This document shows positions 28,361 through 38,697 of a stretch of 64,000 nt of DNA, one piece after another. Below the pieces are notes generated by a model that searched no databases, was not told the DNA's origin, and saw only the letters and a program-made list of their open reading frames with translations. Location of the stretch: IMG/VR virus record IMGVR_UViG_3300017963_000022. One strand, 5' to 3'. The first letter of the stretch is position 1. Each line of letters begins with the position of its first letter. Both the position numbers and the translations under genes were made by a program. The stretch is from an uncultured virus (IMG/VR IMGVR_UViG_3300017963_000022) (Duplodnaviria > Heunggongvirae > Uroviricota > Caudoviricetes).

Positions 28361-29269
28361 TTAGCTGATACCACCAATAACATAAATACCTTCTGCGTTG
28401 TCGATAATCATACCGAATTGTTGGTAAATTTCGATCATCCAGTAAGGCGGTGTTGGGTTCATATCAACCCATTGTTTTCTCTTTACGTCCCCATAAGTGA
28501 TAAACTCACCAGCCTTTTCGCCGATTACCAGAACTTTGTCTGTCGGCAATAGAGCGTTGTGGTCATCAGGGTAGTCATAGAGTTGGTCAAGAGCGATGAT
28601 TGGAGCACCGTAATAAGTACCCAACCAACCAGTCTTCATAACTTCCTCTAGCTGAGAATCTACACCCTGCCATTGGGTTCCACCGTCATTCCAAAATGCA
28701 CCGAATTTGGTTACGGGGGTTAGAGCAGAACGCACACCAACAACAGCTTTCACACCAGGAGTTGTTTGATTGATACGATCAATCGCATTTTCCAGGGCGG
28801 TAGCTGTAATTGAGCCACCAACATTTGTGAAGTTGTTTGGAGTAGTTCCTACTTTCCAAATGGATGTAAGTGCAGTAAATACTTTGTTGTAGTAATAGTC
28901 ACGCAGTTTTGCAAGCATTTCACTTTCAATTTCTGCGACAGTACCAATGTTACCGTTTTCAATGTCCCATTCATTGTACATAACTTTTACGTCAGCACCG
29001 TCTAGAACGTAGTTAATACGTTCATTCACAGTGATTTCGCTGGAAAGGTGTACAGTACCAGGAACAAACGTACGAACATTAATACCCTTACGTACCTTTT
29101 TTACTAGAGCATCGCCTGGGTTAAGTGCTCTCGTATCGAGAATTAACCCCATCATTTCTCCAGTGATGTGAGTCGGGTCAACGTACTCAACAATGAGTTC
29201 GGCAACCGCTTCTCTATCACCAGAAGCAAATGCTGATGCCACCAGTTCTTGAAGTTTCTTTTCTTCCAT
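28361..29269 (-). CDS. Major capsid protein
   Basis: Synteny; GWLGTYYGAPII...LPTDKVLVIG HK97-like pattern. Confidence 0.8.
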   Translation of the reverse strand: MEEKKLQELVASAFASGDREAVAELIVEYVDPTHITGEMMGLILDTRALNPGDALVKKVRKGINVRTFVPGTVHLSSEITVNERINYVLDGADVKVMYNEWDIENGNIGTVAEIESEMLAKLRDYYYNKVFTALTSIWKVGTTPNNFTNVGGSITATALENAIDRINQTTPGVKAVVGVRSALTPVTKFGAFWNDGGTQWQGVDSQLEEVMKTGWLGTYYGAPIIALDQLYDYPDDHNALLPTDKVLVIGEKAGEFITYGDVKRKQWVDMNPTPPYWMIEIYQQFGMIIDNAEGIYVIGGIS

Positions 29270-29295
29270 TATTTTAATCCTCCAAATGAACTAGC

Positions 29296-29871
29296 TTACG
29301 GTACTAATGTACGGAATGTAAGTTCTTTTGTTGTTGAGTTATAGCGTTCTACTATAATACGTGTTGCTGATGCTGAGTATCTTAACTTACCTGTATCTGT
29401 AGTGTGATCTGCTGTGTTAGAAGCAATTAGATAAGCACCAGGAACAAGGCTAGCTGAGTAAATGAACGCACCAGATGGTACAGTAAATACTCCTCCAGCA
29501 AAGGCACTCATTACCTGACCAGAAGGAATTGTTTGTCCCTTCATGTTGCCAGGATGAGTTAGATAAATAGTACTACCAGTAATAGGTACATTGTCTGTAC
29601 CTCTTCCCCAACCTTGTCTTAGGTTCCAAGGATACGAAGGCATTGGTTGGTAGATAGGTAGACTACGATTGTCTTGTGCAAACACAGCTACATAAAAGGC
29701 TTTTGCGGCCTCAGTAGAGTTTGCAGGAAGCTTTGCTCCCATCAAGTCTGTTTTACTGCCGAAGTTATAGTTAAAGGTGTGTGATGTGAAGAGAACCATA
29801 CGTCCTTCAGGGATGTTCTGTGTAGCTACAACTCCAACAATATCTGAGAATTTGTTAATTTCAACTCCCAT
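29296..29871 (-). CDS. Capsid decoration / cement protein
   Basis: Between scaffold and capsid genes; beta-rich. Confidence 0.5.
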   Translation of the reverse strand: MGVEINKFSDIVGVVATQNIPEGRMVLFTSHTFNYNFGSKTDLMGAKLPANSTEAAKAFYVAVFAQDNRSLPIYQPMPSYPWNLRQGWGRGTDNVPITGSTIYLTHPGNMKGQTIPSGQVMSAFAGGVFTVPSGAFIYSASLVPGAYLIASNTADHTTDTGKLRYSASATRIIVERYNSTTKELTFRTLVP

Positions 29872-29883
29872 TATTCAGTCTCC

Positions 29884-30984
29884 TTACTTAGATTGTTTAT
29901 TTGCTCTTCTATCTCTGAGCATCTGAGCTATCTCTGTCGGTGTATATTCATCTTCACCCACTTTGATATTTCTTATATTCGGAAGTTTGTTTTTAGTTGA
30001 GGCTTCTTCTTCTTCGACTTCTTCTTCGTCACCTTCAGGCTTTTCTTCTTCGTCTTCTTCTTCGCCATCTAGTTCTTCGTCATCGACAGGTTCATCCTCT
30101 TCTTCTTCCTCTGAAACCAAGTTCGCAATAAAGAAGTCAAGCATATCGCCTTCTTTCATGGCGAGCAGTTGTTCTTCGTTGTCTTCAAAGAAGTTATCGG
30201 GTTTTTCAACTCCCGCTTGTTCAAAGGCATCACGAATTTCTGCAAGTACTTCCAGTCTCTTTGCTTCAGCAAGAACTTCTTCTTCAAAGGTTTGAAGTCT
30301 TTCTAGTTCTGCTTTCATTTCAGAAGTGATTTGGTTTTCTTCCAGTTCCGTAATTCTTTCTTTTGCGGCTTGGAGTTCAGTTGTTAGAGTTTCGATTTTC
30401 TTTTCTAACTCTGTCACTGTTTCTTCCTCCTTAGATTTGTCGTCACTTGACATATCTACGTCAGTAATATTCGTCCTACCCATATAAGCGGGTATCCCAA
30501 CTAAGGTTGTTGCACGTAAAACGCATCCACGCAAAACCAAGTAACCATCTTCATTATATTGGGATTCATCGGGGTCAAATCCTATCTCCCAAGAGAGGTC
30601 TAAGGCTTCGCCTTCTGCGTAACGCTCTTTAATAAGGGCAATATCGGCGGGACGTTCTTTATTCCAAAGAGCCGCAACACCTCGAATTTTATTACCATCA
30701 ACTCTTAGATGAGTAATAACTCCGAGAGGTACTGCATCTTCATGTCCCTCCTTTATTTCTCCTACTGCCATTTTCAATGGCATATACAAACCAGTCTGTA
30801 TTAGGTTTGAAAATTCTTCCTGTGGAATTATATGTCCATTAGAATTAGGCATAGAATCAGTTAGTATAAAGCGTACATAAGTTAGAAACGGATTCAGGTT
30901 TTGTGACGCTAATACTAAATCATCTAGTTCACTATCTACTATTAATTGTAACTCAGAAGTAATTTTGTTGATACTTTTAGACAT
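29884..30984 (-). CDS. Prohead protease-scaffold fusion
   Basis: PNSNG, GH, LSWEI, VGIPAY; acidic coiled-coil C-terminus. Confidence 0.75.
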   Translation of the reverse strand: MSKSINKITSELQLIVDSELDDLVLASQNLNPFLTYVRFILTDSMPNSNGHIIPQEEFSNLIQTGLYMPLKMAVGEIKEGHEDAVPLGVITHLRVDGNKIRGVAALWNKERPADIALIKERYAEGEALDLSWEIGFDPDESQYNEDGYLVLRGCVLRATTLVGIPAYMGRTNITDVDMSSDDKSKEEETVTELEKKIETLTTELQAAKERITELEENQITSEMKAELERLQTFEEEVLAEAKRLEVLAEIRDAFEQAGVEKPDNFFEDNEEQLLAMKEGDMLDFFIANLVSEEEEEDEPVDDEELDGEEEDEEEKPEGDEEEVEEEEASTKNKLPNIRNIKVGEDEYTPTEIAQMLRDRRANKQSK

Positions 30985-30998
30985 AGTAATGCTCCATT

Positions 30999-32543
30999 TT
31001 ATTCATTTTTAGTATTATCTTCCTTATTTTCTCCGTTTTCTTTCTCTGTTCCAGGTGAATTTGAGTGTGGTTGAGGATGAAACTCAAGTACGTCTAGCTT
31101 CTTTAGAGTCTTTTGTTCTTTAGCTCTTTGCTTTACTTCTGAATCAAATACATATCCAAACTCTCTATCTACTGTATCTCTAGAGATATTACCAGTATTG
31201 TATAAGAACTGTAGACCTTCCAAGAAGGCTCTAAATTCTACCAGTCTCATTGGTGTAAAGAATATTTCTGGTGCTGATTTGAAACGATTCTTTTCACGAA
31301 TGTCTTCAATGATTTCACGCATAACACGAATGATCTTTTTACGAAGAACTCTCATTGTTCTTTCTGGAGAAATTAATGCAATATCCGCATCGGATGATTG
31401 ACTTCTCCCCGCCTCACCTGTAATAAGAATCCCTGGCATACCTAAAGCGTAAAGAATATCTGTATTTACACTGGCATACTTGTTTTCATCAAGTAGTACA
31501 TCTGTGTCAGGAAATACCCAACTAATGTCTACTGTGTGGTTAGTAAACAACTGAAAAATTCTCTCAACATCCTTACCAGAAGAATCTCTCCATCTCATCT
31601 GCTGTTGAAGTACTTCTAACTGCATATCATCTTCTGCAACCAAAGGATATGCATCTGTACCTACTTTGATGTGCATAATAGCAGAGATCATTCTAGCAGA
31701 GATAGAATAATCCATACGTCTTAAATTTCTTTTATGTCGTAGAGACTCTATCGCTGGATATAAATAAGGAGTTGGATATGGTGCGTCTGAAAGAACTTTA
31801 CGTCTTAATACAAACGGGTCTTCCAGTTCAAATTGCGTTTCCCCATTTTTAATTTTTTCTACTAACTCAGGAAATTCTTCTACAATCTTTTTATAAAGCT
31901 CTCTATCCTCAGTTCCATCTGAATACTTACCTTCATGTTTAATAAAGAAAATAAGTTCTTCAGGAATATCTACATAGTAAGAAACCCAATTCCCAATCAT
32001 AGGGGAGTTAATACTAATAGTAGCAGGGTCACGTAACCACATATTTGTAGGTAACTTTAAACTAGGATAGGCTTTGATTCCCCTTCTTGTTAACTGTTTT
32101 TTAGTTACTGGCTCAAAATCTATTTCTGGAACAACTAAACCAGAAACTAAAAATTCAAGAGCACAATCTTCAGCAAAATCTTGAAGCTCTAATAACACTG
32201 ACTCATAAACTTTAAAAATATTATTTGGTACTGACCCTTGATCTAATTTTAACTCCATCATACTAATCTCAACCATCTTGTTAAGTACGCTGGAAGCTAG
32301 TGGGTCACGGCGATAAAAGAATCTACAATCTTGTACTACTTTTCGATATTCCTTAAGAACATCCTTAGTAGCAAACTTGTCAACATCTTTTGCTGTCCAG
32401 GGATTTTCTGCGTATGAGTCTACCTTTGTATTAGGGCTGTATACTGTAGCCAGTGCTTTTTCTAGTGTTTTAAAAGCAACTATACCTTTTCCAGATTCTT
32501 CAAATTCTTCTGGTGTTTTTTCTTCTACTGTTATTTCAGGCAT
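30999..32543 (-). CDS. Portal protein
   Basis: 514 aa directly after TerL; ILYALGMPGILITGE pattern. Confidence 0.8.
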   Translation of the reverse strand: MPEITVEEKTPEEFEESGKGIVAFKTLEKALATVYSPNTKVDSYAENPWTAKDVDKFATKDVLKEYRKVVQDCRFFYRRDPLASSVLNKMVEISMMELKLDQGSVPNNIFKVYESVLLELQDFAEDCALEFLVSGLVVPEIDFEPVTKKQLTRRGIKAYPSLKLPTNMWLRDPATISINSPMIGNWVSYYVDIPEELIFFIKHEGKYSDGTEDRELYKKIVEEFPELVEKIKNGETQFELEDPFVLRRKVLSDAPYPTPYLYPAIESLRHKRNLRRMDYSISARMISAIMHIKVGTDAYPLVAEDDMQLEVLQQQMRWRDSSGKDVERIFQLFTNHTVDISWVFPDTDVLLDENKYASVNTDILYALGMPGILITGEAGRSQSSDADIALISPERTMRVLRKKIIRVMREIIEDIREKNRFKSAPEIFFTPMRLVEFRAFLEGLQFLYNTGNISRDTVDREFGYVFDSEVKQRAKEQKTLKKLDVLEFHPQPHSNSPGTEKENGENKEDNTKNE

Positions 32544-34087
32544 TAGTTATTCCACCTCGCTATGGGAGCTAGTGTTTTTTTAGCTGGTTGTATATTTTCA
32601 TTTTCAAGATACCATGCCATTACTGCACAGATTACTGAAGCAGTAGCATGGTCGCTCCCCTGTTGTCCACCTTTCGGAGTTAGTGTTCTGTACACTCTAT
32701 TCCCCGAAGGCAATCTAATAAATACCATTCTTTCTAATTCTGAAATTAGTTCTAAGTCTGTTGTGGAATATACAATTCTGTGTTCGTTTGAATGTTCCTG
32801 CAAAACAGATATAGAAAATGGTCTTGTCTTTTGTTTTATTTCTTTTCCGTCTTCATCATATCCTATTACAAGATTAGAGTTAAACCTGATAGGAATAATT
32901 CTTTTCGTGTAGTTCTTCTTAGCATATTGAGGTTCCATCTTTAGCTTTTGAATTTCAGCTATACCTGCATGACCCTCATCCATTCCAATTACTACAGGAT
33001 TGAATCTTGTGTCAAGGTAATCTATAATCCTAGATTGAATTGGATATGGAACTTTGTTAAGAGTTATTCTGATAAGAAACTTCATTTGACCAGAGCTCTC
33101 TATTGTCATTATTGTGATAGCAGTTGGGTCTGTATACCCTAAGTCGATACCAAAAATAACTTTCTTGTTACCTGCTGGTTTTGGAAGAAGGGCGAGTCTT
33201 TCATAGTAATCTGCAAGGTTATCTCTTAGATCAATACCATTCAATACTAGTTTATATACGGGATATTGGTCAACTTGCATTAGTGTTCTATCAAAGACCG
33301 CAAAGGTTGGCTTACCGTGTCTTCCAAGTACAAGGTGAATGTAATCGTCACTATCCGGTTCACCATACATTTCCCTACTTCTCTGTTCGTCCTCATCTGA
33401 ATATCTTGGATTCTGGTGTGCAGAGATTCTGTGTTTTGTAAACATATCAGATTGCATATCTGCATTGTACAAAACATTTTTTTCTCTGAGTCCGGTAGGT
33501 ACACCAGAAACCATTCTTCTTATTCCAGGAGTCCAGGTATTTAGAGTTGGGCCGAGCTCTACCCAGGTTCCCCAAGGGTAGTAACCAGCCTCATCTACAA
33601 ATTCAAAAGGAGTGTGGAGACCAATAACATTACGACCATCCCCCATAGTTCCCGCAATACGACAAATCAATGTTGCCCCCGTCTTTAGTTGGATAGTATT
33701 CGTGCTACTGTTGATACCCTTCTTAGGAAAAATGAAGGCTTTTAAGATCGAATTAGTCCGAAATAGACGAGTAACTCTAGCCCAAACAGGCTCTAAGTGA
33801 GCACTGTTTGGAACAGTATAAAGTATGTAATCATCTGGAAATAGGTCATTGATTAATGACCATGTAAGTGCTCCTGCTATACTTTCAGTTTTCCCCACAG
33901 CACGACCACAACAAAGTGAAACATAGTTGTTAAAATCGCAAATAAAGTCCTGTTGGTAGTCAGTAAATTCAAATGTTTCTTCATGTGGAAACTTATCCAC
34001 ATTCATTATAAATTCCCAACAGTGAACAGGGTGGCGTAGTACTTCGTATAAATAAAAATCTTCGTGTTCTAGCCGTTCTTTTAGCAT
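32543..34087 (-). CDS. terL: Terminase large subunit
   Basis: CGRAVGKTE Walker A, FVDEAG Walker B, GIDLG nuclease motif, SDH. Confidence 0.92.
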   Translation of the reverse strand: MLKERLEHEDFYLYEVLRHPVHCWEFIMNVDKFPHEETFEFTDYQQDFICDFNNYVSLCCGRAVGKTESIAGALTWSLINDLFPDDYILYTVPNSAHLEPVWARVTRLFRTNSILKAFIFPKKGINSSTNTIQLKTGATLICRIAGTMGDGRNVIGLHTPFEFVDEAGYYPWGTWVELGPTLNTWTPGIRRMVSGVPTGLREKNVLYNADMQSDMFTKHRISAHQNPRYSDEDEQRSREMYGEPDSDDYIHLVLGRHGKPTFAVFDRTLMQVDQYPVYKLVLNGIDLRDNLADYYERLALLPKPAGNKKVIFGIDLGYTDPTAITIMTIESSGQMKFLIRITLNKVPYPIQSRIIDYLDTRFNPVVIGMDEGHAGIAEIQKLKMEPQYAKKNYTKRIIPIRFNSNLVIGYDEDGKEIKQKTRPFSISVLQEHSNEHRIVYSTTDLELISELERMVFIRLPSGNRVYRTLTPKGGQQGSDHATASVICAVMAWYLENENIQPAKKTLAPIARWNN

Positions 34088-34795
34088 TTAGAAAATGAAT
34101 CCGTCTGGATGATTCGTCCCTCTTTTCTCCATCAATTGTTCAGAAGTAACTTCAGTAATATGTCCACAATGCCCAATGACCTTTCCTTCATCATTGTAAT
34201 GTGTACGGTTACAAGTTAAGGATACGGAATTGTTAATGTACGGGTAGTTAAACCAAACCGTTCCTAGAAGCATGTTGCACTTCTCACAATAAATGTACGC
34301 ATGAACTTTCTCGTACATCTCTTTTGCCGCTTTCTTTAACTTTTCTAGCTCTGTTCTTGAATCTTCTACTCCAGCGATCTTTCTGCTCTTGCGGGTAATT
34401 TTTAGATCATCCTGAAGTTTGGAAATATCTCTTCGCAAATTGCTAGAGATACTACTAACCTTGTCGATTAAAGTTAAATTCTTGTTAAGATCTCCCAAAC
34501 CAGAAGTAAGAAGTTGAACAGTTATATTATCTAACGTTTCAAGAGTTACCAGAGCTTTACATAAAACCTTCAGAGTCTCATGGTCGTTGTACTTCATATC
34601 CGAAAGATCATAATCCTGCTCAAACTCTTTTAGTTTTCTATCTACTTTTAATTCAAACTCTTCCCCCTGTTGAAGCATCTCTTCTTCAAAGTCACGCTCT
34701 AAGAGTAAATCAAAAGCTTCATCATATTCTTCGTCAGTCATATCTTTGTACTGAACAAAGTTCCTCATTCTTGCCTTATCTTTTGAACTTACCAT
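34088..34795 (-). CDS. Probable terminase small subunit with C-terminal Zn motif
   Basis: Immediately upstream of TerL; helical core ending LKITRKSRK; CEKC. Confidence 0.55.
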   Translation of the reverse strand: MVSSKDKARMRNFVQYKDMTDEEYDEAFDLLLERDFEEEMLQQGEEFELKVDRKLKEFEQDYDLSDMKYNDHETLKVLCKALVTLETLDNITVQLLTSGLGDLNKNLTLIDKVSSISSNLRRDISKLQDDLKITRKSRKIAGVEDSRTELEKLKKAAKEMYEKVHAYIYCEKCNMLLGTVWFNYPYINNSVSLTCNRTHYNDEGKVIGHCGHITEVTSEQLMEKRGTNHPDGFIF

Positions 34796-34802
34796 TTAAC
34801 TC

Positions 34803-34955
34803 CTACGTAGCACTACACATAGACCAGCCACAAGAATAACAAGTGCTACACTTTCCTGTAAAAACTATATGTGTTGACCCACAAAGGGGACAAGAGACTT
34901 CATTCTTTTTTGTGGATTCTAAATAGTTTTTCCTAGTTTTTTTCTGTTTTTGCAC
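34803..34955 (-). CDS. 50-aa zinc-ribbon protein (CPLCGS...CSTCYSCGWS)
   Basis: Hand translation; GTG start; AGGAG RBS. Confidence 0.55.
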   Translation of the reverse strand: MQKQKKTRKNYLESTKKNEVSCPLCGSTHIVFTGKCSTCYSCGWSMCSAT

Positions 34956-34976
34956 GATTTTTCTACTCCTATTATA

Positions 34977-35168
34977 TCATGTTTTTAATTTCGTTGGGAT
35001 ATATGAAACTAAATTATCCCATTCTCCAACCTCTTCTAATACCTTTTGTAAACATTCTCTGTGGAAAAATAAATTTGTGTAGGGTTTGTCAAGTGCTACT
35101 ATGCGGTACTCTTGAAGCGGTTCTATTTCTTTTTCACATTCAAAGCACACTATTCGTTGTCTTTTCAC
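34977..35168 (-). CDS. Small Zn-binding protein
   Basis: CFEC...HREC. Confidence 0.55.
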   Translation of the reverse strand: MKRQRIVCFECEKEIEPLQEYRIVALDKPYTNLFFHRECLQKVLEEVGEWDNLVSYIPTKLKT

Positions 35169-35169
35169 T

Positions 35170-35454
35170 TTACCTTAGTGACCCCCGTGTTCTGTATCTA
35201 CTTATAATACTTACTAATTCTTGTGTGAGTAGCTTATCGTCTTTTAAATACAAAAACTTATTTAGTCTATCAAGATCAGTTTTCGCAATAGGAACTAAAA
35301 TAAGTTCATGAGAATCTACACAAGCTTGAGCTCTTTCAATCTTATCAAATTCTTTTTTACAGTAAAGACATTGATAAAAAGTTAAGAGCTCACGCTCATT
35401 CTTTCTAGGATTGTACTTCGTTTTGTTTCTAACTAAGACAAAAGCAGAACTCAT
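35170..35454 (-). CDS. Zn-finger-like protein
   Basis: CLYC...C...H; GGAGG RBS. Confidence 0.6.
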   Translation of the reverse strand: MSSAFVLVRNKTKYNPRKNERELLTFYQCLYCKKEFDKIERAQACVDSHELILVPIAKTDLDRLNKFLYLKDDKLLTQELVSIISRYRTRGSLR

Positions 35455-35467
35455 AAAATCCTCCAGG

Positions 35468-35542
35468 CTGGCACGGGTGGAGTTGAACCACCATCCTCTC
35501 GGTTAACAGCCGAGTGCTTTCTTCCAGTTGAGCTACGTGCCA
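35468..35542 (-). tRNA. tRNA-Asn(GTT)
   Basis: Cloverleaf; CTCGG-CTGTTAA-CCGAG. Confidence 0.92.
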
Positions 35543-35550
35543 GTGTACTA

Positions 35551-36504
35551 TTATTCATTTTCTAAACAAGTTAAAGTAAAACATTGTTTACCATTACCAT
35601 CTCTTAAATCCCAATAGGGATTAAGTCCATTAGGATAATAAATAGGAGATGGGTCAATCTCTTCTCGTTGGAACTCAACCACATTTTCCAACCAGTAGTT
35701 AGCAAAATAAACAGGTCGTTGAAGTATTGCTACATCTTCATTCGGTTTACTCTCACCGTACCACACCTCAACAGTTTGTTCTTTCCATCTTACCACATTC
35801 CAGCTTTCGTAGTCCCCCTCGACAAAACCCCACTCTAAAGCGGTTTCAAAGTCAACCTCAACGACCTGCTGGTTTATCGCAATATGGGTGTACATATCGG
35901 CACGGCGAGAACAGTCTACAACTAAGTACGGGCCAGTCCACTCTCCACCTGATCTTCTTAACCAAACAGTATCTCCTATGTTGGCAGGACTTGGTACAGC
36001 TACACCTCCAAGGTACTCATCAGAACGATATGCTAAATCAAACATTTCTATAGAACGCCATTTAGCAGTAGCTCTCATTAATCCTGGATTATAATAAACT
36101 GCTGTACCATAAACATATTGAGGAGAACGTGTAAACCAAACTTCATTAGTTACAAGTCCAGGTACACAGAAACCCCAATCGTCAACAAACCCTGTAAGAG
36201 GACTGTTGTCGTACATGTTATATTCTGTACAAAAACTTCTGTGATCTACAGGAATAGCTTCTGGTGTAGCGAAGGTAGGCAAAAGTACCCTTTCGGGAAG
36301 TTGCATATTAAGGTCTTCTGCTACTTCAAAAACTTCCTGTTCCACCTCTGGAAAAGTAACTTCCAAGTCTGTTAACAAAAGTTCTTGATTTACTTGTAAA
36401 GGTTCTTGCATTGCAGAGGCTAACGCTTGGTTCGCCTCTACATTTAGAAACAACATAGCCACAATTACAAGTGCTTGGGCTAAGTCAGATATTATTTTTT
36501 TCAA
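35551..36504 (-). CDS. Secreted protein with an RlpA-like double-psi beta-barrel domain
   Basis: Signal peptide; GTAVYY...IGDTVWL...GPYLVVDC...VEVDFETA. Confidence 0.55.
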   Translation of the reverse strand: MKKIISDLAQALVIVAMLFLNVEANQALASAMQEPLQVNQELLLTDLEVTFPEVEQEVFEVAEDLNMQLPERVLLPTFATPEAIPVDHRSFCTEYNMYDNSPLTGFVDDWGFCVPGLVTNEVWFTRSPQYVYGTAVYYNPGLMRATAKWRSIEMFDLAYRSDEYLGGVAVPSPANIGDTVWLRRSGGEWTGPYLVVDCSRRADMYTHIAINQQVVEVDFETALEWGFVEGDYESWNVVRWKEQTVEVWYGESKPNEDVAILQRPVYFANYWLENVVEFQREEIDPSPIYYPNGLNPYWDLRDGNGKQCFTLTCLENE

Positions 36505-37210
36505 AGGTTTTCTCCATTTCCTTGAGTCTTTTCTTTGCTATGGCGAAGGCGAATCTTTCAATCTCAATTCCAATAAAGTGTCTATTATGATTGATTGCTG
36601 ATACTCCAGTTGTACCGGAACCCATAAAAGGGTCAAGAACAATATCGTCTTCTTCTGTCGTAGCGAGAATAATCCTATCCAAAATAGCCAAAGGCTTTTG
36701 CCAAACAAAGCCTTTACCATTTGGTAGTTTTATCCGTTCCTTAGACATGGTATGGAAATTCCCAATGTCTTCCCAAACATCTGTAGGAATTTTCGTTGTT
36801 CTTCCAGAAGGATTAAAACCCTTTCCTGTTGTTTTCTTAGGAATAGAAATCCTTTCAGGAAAAAACTTATATTCTTTAGTTTTAGAATACCAAAGAATAT
36901 CATCATGTTTTCTAGCAAATCTTCGTCTACTGCGACCACCCCAATCGTAAGGCCAAATTATCCAGTTGACAAAATTCTCTTTGCCGAAAAGACTATCAAG
37001 ATATACTTTTAATTCTGCAACACTTCTATAGTCTGTTTGAACAAACAGACTTCCAGCGTCTTTCAAAACATCCCGACATAGGTCTGTCCAAGAAAAGTCG
37101 AAATCATCGTACATCATATCAGCATAGATAAGATCAACTCTTGTATCAGAGTGCCAAAACATTTCTGTGAGTACCTTACGGTTATCTCCTAGAATAAGGT
37201 TAACACTCAC
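36485..37210 (-). CDS. N4-C/N6-A DNA methyltransferase (beta class) with variant DMMY motif IV
   Basis: LIYADMMY; QKP; VLDPFMGSGTT. Confidence 0.85.
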   Translation of the reverse strand: MSVNLILGDNRKVLTEMFWHSDTRVDLIYADMMYDDFDFSWTDLCRDVLKDAGSLFVQTDYRSVAELKVYLDSLFGKENFVNWIIWPYDWGGRSRRRFARKHDDILWYSKTKEYKFFPERISIPKKTTGKGFNPSGRTTKIPTDVWEDIGNFHTMSKERIKLPNGKGFVWQKPLAILDRIILATTEEDDIVLDPFMGSGTTGVSAINHNRHFIGIEIERFAFAIAKKRLKEMEKTFEKNNI

Positions 37211-37300
37211 TGACTTCCTCTTTCCTTCTCACTTCCACAGACTGTACAACGCCACCCTTTGTTACACTTGTTATGAACTCGTTTTCCTCTCCCATGTAAC

Positions 37301-37483
37301 TTATCTTGTGTTGGATGTATACATGTGCATTTTAGTATCATCTTCCTTTCCTTTTTGAACTAGTCCCTCATTGGGAACTAACTTATAAACAACTCCACAA
37401 AGGATGCAACAATACTCCAGAGTTCCATCCTTTAATAATTTGAAATTTAAACATTCCTTACAAACAGGACATTTCTTTTTCAT
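37301..37483 (-). CDS. Small zinc-ribbon protein
   Basis: CPVC...CILC. Confidence 0.5.
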   Translation of the reverse strand: MKKKCPVCKECLNFKLLKDGTLEYCCILCGVVYKLVPNEGLVQKGKEDDTKMHMYTSNTR

Positions 37484-37484
37484 A

Positions 37485-37557
37485 AGCTGACGAAGAGAAT
37501 TGAACTCTTAACCTATTCTTTACAAGAGAATTGCTCTACCGATTGAGCTACGCCAGC
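37485..37557 (-). tRNA. tRNA-Thr(TGT)
   Basis: ATTCT-CTTGTAA-AGAAT. Confidence 0.92.
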
Positions 37558-37562
37558 AAAGG

Positions 37563-37636
37563 AGCGTGTACAGGGAATCGAACCCTGCTCACTTGGTTGG
37601 AAGCCAAGCACCATCGTCCAGATCGGTCTTACACGC
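37563..37636 (-). tRNA. tRNA-Gly(TCC)
   Basis: CTTGG-CTTCCAA-CCAAG; A at position 8. Confidence 0.88.
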
Positions 37637-37643
37637 TAACTGT

Positions 37644-37907
37644 TTATCTATTTTCCCCTGTCCAAAGATCATTAGAAACAAAGTATTTTCCTAAATCATG
37701 GTTAGCACATTTGACAACTGCTGAAACCGAGGCGTAGATAGTTCTATCAGATTCAGAGAGCCACAGTTTAAACTGGTGTGCTCCTCGTCTTACTGCTTCA
37801 TTAACTGCCTCTTCAGCAATTGCAATGAACTGCTCACTAATTTCTGCATCCTCGTTCTCTGCAAGGGTGTATTCTGTAAAATAAAAACTCATGGTACTCT
37901 CCTCCAA
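37644..37907 (-). CDS. Hypothetical protein
   Basis: ORF track; GGAGGAG RBS before MSFYF. Confidence 0.6.
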   Translation of the reverse strand: MEESTMSFYFTEYTLAENEDAEISEQFIAIAEEAVNEAVRRGAHQFKLWLSESDRTIYASVSAVVKCANHDLGKYFVSNDLWTGENR

Positions 37908-38188
37908 ACATCCGTATCAACTTCATTAACACCGTATAGAAAGTTGATTACATCTTGTAATTCTCGTTGAGCAAGAGGTGGAAATCGGTAAACTCTAATT
38001 AGTGTCTTACGTCCAAAGAGGTCTTTGGATGTTACAACTTCATCACTAGTATTATGCCGTCTGAGAATTTCTACAAGCTCGACAACTGCCTTTCTAATAT
38101 TTTCTTTTAATGCCCACCTTTGTTTATCCCAATTATCTGCTTTATTTTTTAACTCATTATACTCTTGTTCTGATAAGACATACTTCAT
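37889..38188 (-). CDS. Hypothetical protein
   Basis: AAGGAG RBS. Confidence 0.65.
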   Translation of the reverse strand: MKYVLSEQEYNELKNKADNWDKQRWALKENIRKAVVELVEILRRHNTSDEVVTSKDLFGRKTLIRVYRFPPLAQRELQDVINFLYGVNEVDTDVWRRVP

Positions 38189-38205
38189 TTATATCTCCTT
38201 TCCAG

Positions 38206-38277
38206 AGCCCCCAACTGGAATCGAACCAATATCAACAGCTTAGAAGGCTGTAGCTCTGTCCATTGAGCTATGGGGGC
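38206..38277 (-). tRNA. tRNA-Arg(TCT)
   Basis: ACAGC-CTTCTAA-GCTGT. Confidence 0.92.
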
Positions 38278-38282
38278 ATAGT

Positions 38283-38588
38283 CTATTTCTTAGCAATAGA
38301 CCAATACTTCTTCCATACTTTTGTACGAAACTCTCTATCAAACCCTGCCTTTTCAAGAGCACGGGTTAGAGCTTTCTTTCTTCCTTCTGCCTTTTCAAAA
38401 GTATCTTCTATTGAACAAGCGGTAACTCCTGTCGCCACCAGATCATACTCATCATCTACAAGTACATCAATCCAACAAGCTGTGGTGTGTGTAATGAAAG
38501 CCTCTTGTCCAAACTTACGAACAATCTTTTTTGGCTCTTCAAAAGCAACGTGTCCAAAAGCAAATCTATATTTATCAACAGTGAACAT
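38283..38588 (-). CDS. Phage hypothetical protein (CSxEDxFxKxxGRKKALxRA motif)
   Basis: Motif typical of phage small proteins; RBS. Confidence 0.7.
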   Translation of the reverse strand: MFTVDKYRFAFGHVAFEEPKKIVRKFGQEAFITHTTACWIDVLVDDEYDLVATGVTACSIEDTFEKAEGRKKALTRALEKAGFDREFRTKVWKKYWSIAKK

Positions 38589-38626
38589 TTTTATTCCTTT
38601 CCTTTTATTTGTCTAGTTAGTAAAGG

Positions 38627-38697
38627 CGACCCATAAGAGAATCGAACTCTTGATACCAACTCGACAGGCTGGTGTTTTACCTCTAAACTAATGGGCC
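38627..38697 (-). tRNA. tRNA-Asp(GTC)
   Basis: CCAGC-CTGTCGA-GTTGG. Confidence 0.9.

Noticed and set aside
29963..30295. Ser-rich plus-strand ORF
   Set aside because: Antisense of the Glu/Asp-rich scaffold tail
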